Of a DNA stretch of 64,000 nt, positions 60,752 through 64,000 are shown one piece after another. Position numbers and translations under genes: made by a program. Every line of letters starts with the position of its first letter. Within the stretch, counting starts at the first letter, position 1. The DNA is from Tubulanus polymorphus (Eukaryota > Animalia > Nemertea). The notes under the pieces were generated by a model. The model was not told where the DNA came from and did no database searches. It saw only the letters and a program-made list of their open reading frames with translations. The DNA lies in NCBI RefSeq assembly GCF_964204645.1, contig NC_134028.1:16127653-16191652 (forward strand), read 5' to 3'.

Positions 60752-62607
60752 AGAAGTTTTAATTAAATTGTTATGTAATATAGTTATTTTCTGGACGAGG
60801 ACGTCCAGATCTGGAGGGGGGGTAGTGTAGCGTTTGTGCAATCGTATTTATTAAAATGTATTAAATCGAATTGAATTGAATAATATGTAGAATGTGTATT
60901 GATATATTGTATAGATGGGGGGTGGGATCACTTACTTAAAATGTGTATTTTTAACCGGCTAAGTATCCGTAAATTTTAATCATGCTGGTAGTGTCCGTAG
61001 CACGCGAGTGGCGGCGCTATCAGCTGGTGTGTCGGTTGTCATGTCAGTTGTTGGGCTAGCGGGGTGGGGTTACCAGGCTGAGCTGCCCGTTGTCATGCTG
61101 AGATGCTGGGGTCAACCGATTATCATTATTTAACGATATTAACTGTTTTACCGGTCGTATTGACTCCCATCATTTCAGTTTGGCAGTTGACAGCCAGACT
61201 TGGTAAGCATCAGTTGATTCGTCGGTCAGCTCCGGTCTTTGACCGGGCTGACCGACATTCACGTAATCGGTTCACTATTGATAATTAATAAGTCAGTCAG
61301 GCCGGCCGTCTCCTTTTTATCGTTTTCAACGATGATTGTGATTGACAGCTTGGATTTGTCTGAACTTCCATTAATTTACTCTTCGAACCGTATTTGCGTG
61401 ATTTGATTGTCGATTCGAATTATATGATAATACGTTTACGTAATAGGTTTTTGTTCTTTTACGAGATACTTAGACGGTAGATTCGATAAAGAAAAGAATA
61501 AGTTATATAGTAGAATTAACCTAATATTTATTCACTTTGAATTATAATAAGAAAGTATGACTTTAATAAATTAATAATTAGATTCAGTATTTTATATGCG
61601 GCTTCAGACTTATCTATTGAGAATGGTCAGAACCTTAATAAGGACTGAGGAAAAATTATTTATGATATCAGCTTTTTGACAAGATTGAAATGGTGGAGAC
61701 GAATAGCAGAGGACTATTTAGTAGGGACTTTGAGCCTACAGCCCATAGGTGGGAGAATCTATGGTAGGATTTTGGACTGCCATTAGTATGAAGTGAGGGT
61801 TACGGGATTATTCTATAGACCGGTCGAATGTAGGGTAGATCCAGGTATAATTTGGGGTGGCCAACTCAATTATATGCTGTGGGCCTTACGGGCATGTAAG
61901 ATATATGTTGCTGAGAATAACCGTATACCGGAAAATAGGCTACTCGTGCTCGGTATGCACGATCTTAACATAGCAGACTATAATTTTCAAATCGTGGCTG
62001 TTTTATAGATTTATCTCTCTCGGTTTTTCATGAGGATCATCTCTTGCGGTGAAATATTATTACCCTTTTTGGTTTCACTACCAGAAATCATTCGACGTAA
62101 GCGAACTCCGTAGCGGGCTTGGAAGACTTTAGATTTTACCTTCAAGACCTCCTGACATATTAGATGAATGACGATTGGAGCAGCAAATTGATGAGCAGAA
62201 GAATGACCGCCATATTAGAAGAGAGAGGGCAGCACCGTGTTGCCCCCGTTTTCCGCTACAACACCAGGTACACCCGTACATTGGAGCCGAATTTCGCAGG
62301 GAGTCCCCCAATGTGTTTAGTACTATCACTCCATTGAAAATAGTTCCAAGAAATCCCTGATTTTATTATCAATTTGTCTCACAGTACCTACAGATTTTAT
62401 ACCTATAACATTTTACCGTCACGTCTTCTATTTGTGTAACCATGGCAACTTAAATGGGAACCCTGCAGTTGATTTTAGGCACTATTTTTGGGGTCCTGCA
62501 CTACGCGTCTTGAGGCATACTGACCTAATTGTGGTCTCATGCCTGATGCCATCAGACCCTCTGGTGTTTTCCACTACCACCACCTAGCGGGCTATGATTA
62601 CTAGCAA

Positions 62608-63045
62608 ACTGACTCCTGAAACCACGTAAACGGAAATTCTAATAAAGTGCAATTCTGACTTCTAAATCTAAGCTTACTGACTAATTTATCAATTCTAACT
62701 CCTAAATACTAGAAGTAATTCTAATTTCAAAATTCTAAATACTAGAAGTAATTCTAATTTCAAAACTGACTCCTGAAACCACGTAAACGGAAATTCTAAT
62801 AAATTGCAATTCTGACTTCTAAATCTAAGCTTACTGACTAATTTATCAATTCTAACTCCTAAATACTAGAAGTAATTCTAATTTCAAAATTCTAAATACT
62901 AGAAGTAATTCTAATTTCAAAACTGACTCCTGAAACCACGTAAACGGAAATTCTAATAAATTGCAATTCTGACTTCTAAATCTAAGCTTACTGACTAATT
63001 TAGCAATTCTGACTTCTAAATACTAGAAGTAATTCTAATTTCAAA
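62608..63045. repeat. 157-bp tandem repeat, ~2.8 copies
   Basis: actgactcctgaaaccacg at 62608, 62765 and 62922, with an internal duplicated taaatactagaagtaattctaatttcaaa. Confidence 0.9.
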
Positions 63046-63348
63046 GTAGAAAAGAAAAGAAATAATATATCATTTTAATAGAACTATTCGTCACACAGTC
63101 GTCGTATTCGCTTGAGCGGAATGTGGACCAGGCAACAAAACACCAGGTCCGTTGGCCTAATCAACTCTGGATCCACCCGGAAGCGAAAGTTAGTTTCGTT
63201 CTGAAGTCCACGTGCGCGCGTGAGAGACCGTTCGTGAAGATTAGATTCGCTCTCCTAATCCTACTTAATCGTACTCTATCGACACGATCTGAGAAAGAAA
63301 GGTATTTATTTTACACGATTAGGCCTCACTATTCAATCTTATAACAAA

Positions 63349-64000
63349 ATGTTGAACCGTAAGCGAAATCAAGCCTTAGGTTTGAAATCGGTGACTGGAA
63401 GTATTAACCAAGGTGACAGTAGCTTTCCAATAAGTTTACGTGGACGTCAATGTACTGCCATCTGCCTACTCGGAATATTGTTTACATTATTTAACCCACA
63501 GTACCCTCATGATTTGAATAGTTGGACATCTGATCATTTGAACACTATTATACGAAATGGAACATATTTTTATGGCGATATTCTGCAATATATGGGCCTT
63601 GAAAATCCCAGATACCTGGCTCATATTGACTTACCAACTATGGTAACATTATCCATCAATGGATCTTCTGCTCAACTATCAAACAATGATTGTGACATTC
63701 AGATATCTTATTCTTTTGATTTGTTTTATGGTACTGTTGGACAACAAGATGATAATGAAGCATTGTCTTCTTCTTTGTCATCTTCACTACCTGCAGCTTT
63801 TTCATTATCCCATTTCAATTTATTCACTGCAGCAGGTGTGACAATTCTACTCACTTACAATAATGATGGCACATACTCCATTCTAGACTCTCACTGCCGC
63901 AATCAATCAGGGCATTTTGATCCAACTGGAAATGCTGTCATTTTACCTTTCAAATCTCTTGCTGAACTAGAACGTTACCTCCTTGATGTCTACCAAACAG
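63349..64000 (+). CDS. Peptidase C76-like (herpes tegument-type deubiquitinase) domain ORF, runs off the window; probably part of a Helitron/Helentron-type element
   Basis: Open frame missed by the ORF track: MLNRKRN...GSINQGD...GRQCTAICL...WTSDHLNTII..G...YL...DLP...ILDSHCRN..G....GNAVI. Confidence 0.72.
   Translation, partial: MLNRKRNQALGLKSVTGSINQGDSSFPISLRGRQCTAICLLGILFTLFNPQYPHDLNSWTSDHLNTIIRNGTYFYGDILQYMGLENPRYLAHIDLPTMVTLSINGSSAQLSNNDCDIQISYSFDLFYGTVGQQDDNEALSSSLSSSLPAAFSLSHFNLFTAAGVTILLTYNNDGTYSILDSHCRNQSGHFDPTGNAVILPFKSLAELERYLLDVYQT

Larger units (their letters stand above)
57175..62260 (+). mobile_element. Non-autonomous Gypsy-type LTR element (gag + protease only)
   Basis: 1435-bp LTRs at 57175-58609 and 60826-62260 (TGTAGC...GCTACA), near identical; TSD ACAC; PBS; PPT GGAGGGGGGGTAG. 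Confidence 0.95.
52509..62543 (+). mobile_element. KolobokP-type composite DNA transposon
   Basis: Two apparently identical 494-bp direct repeats (52509-53002; 56960-57174 + 62265-62543), each with short TIRs gagctcagaccac/gtggtctcatgcc; TGAT duplication at 52505-52508 and 62544-62547; convergent transposase and His-Me nuclease. Confidence 0.88.

Overview
This is eukaryotic (animal, probably invertebrate) DNA made almost entirely of nested mobile elements, with no recognisable host housekeeping gene. From left to right it contains: remnants of an ISL2EU/Harbinger-type unit (a THAP exon plus a spliced SWIM-YqaJ gene) split by a decayed BEL/Pao LTR element; several MITEs; and an apparently intact, spliced Chapaev/Transib-RAG1-related DDE transposase with an inserted PHD finger and a 13-copy hairpin satellite in its probable 3' UTR. 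LINE fragments follow. The centre holds a complete 17.3-kb Polinton/Maverick-type endogenous virus (24272-41594, 6-bp TSD CATAAT) inserted at the 5'LTR/PBS junction of a second BEL element. Further right are a KolobokP-type composite transposon (DDE transposase, His-Me nuclease, 494-bp direct repeats) nested in an older solo repeat of its own family, a young gag-protease-only Gypsy element inserted into it, and the start of a peptidase-C76-like ORF. The strongest novel signal is in the Polinton-like virus. All its genes run on one strand, nearly all start at a poxvirus-late-type TAAATG (often after a T-tract), each TIR begins with a ~263-bp fold-back palindrome, and no maturation protease is visible. 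Together these suggest a virophage-like, helper-transcribed hyperparasite of a pox-like virus; this is inference. Family assignments come from motif recognition only, and no searches were run.
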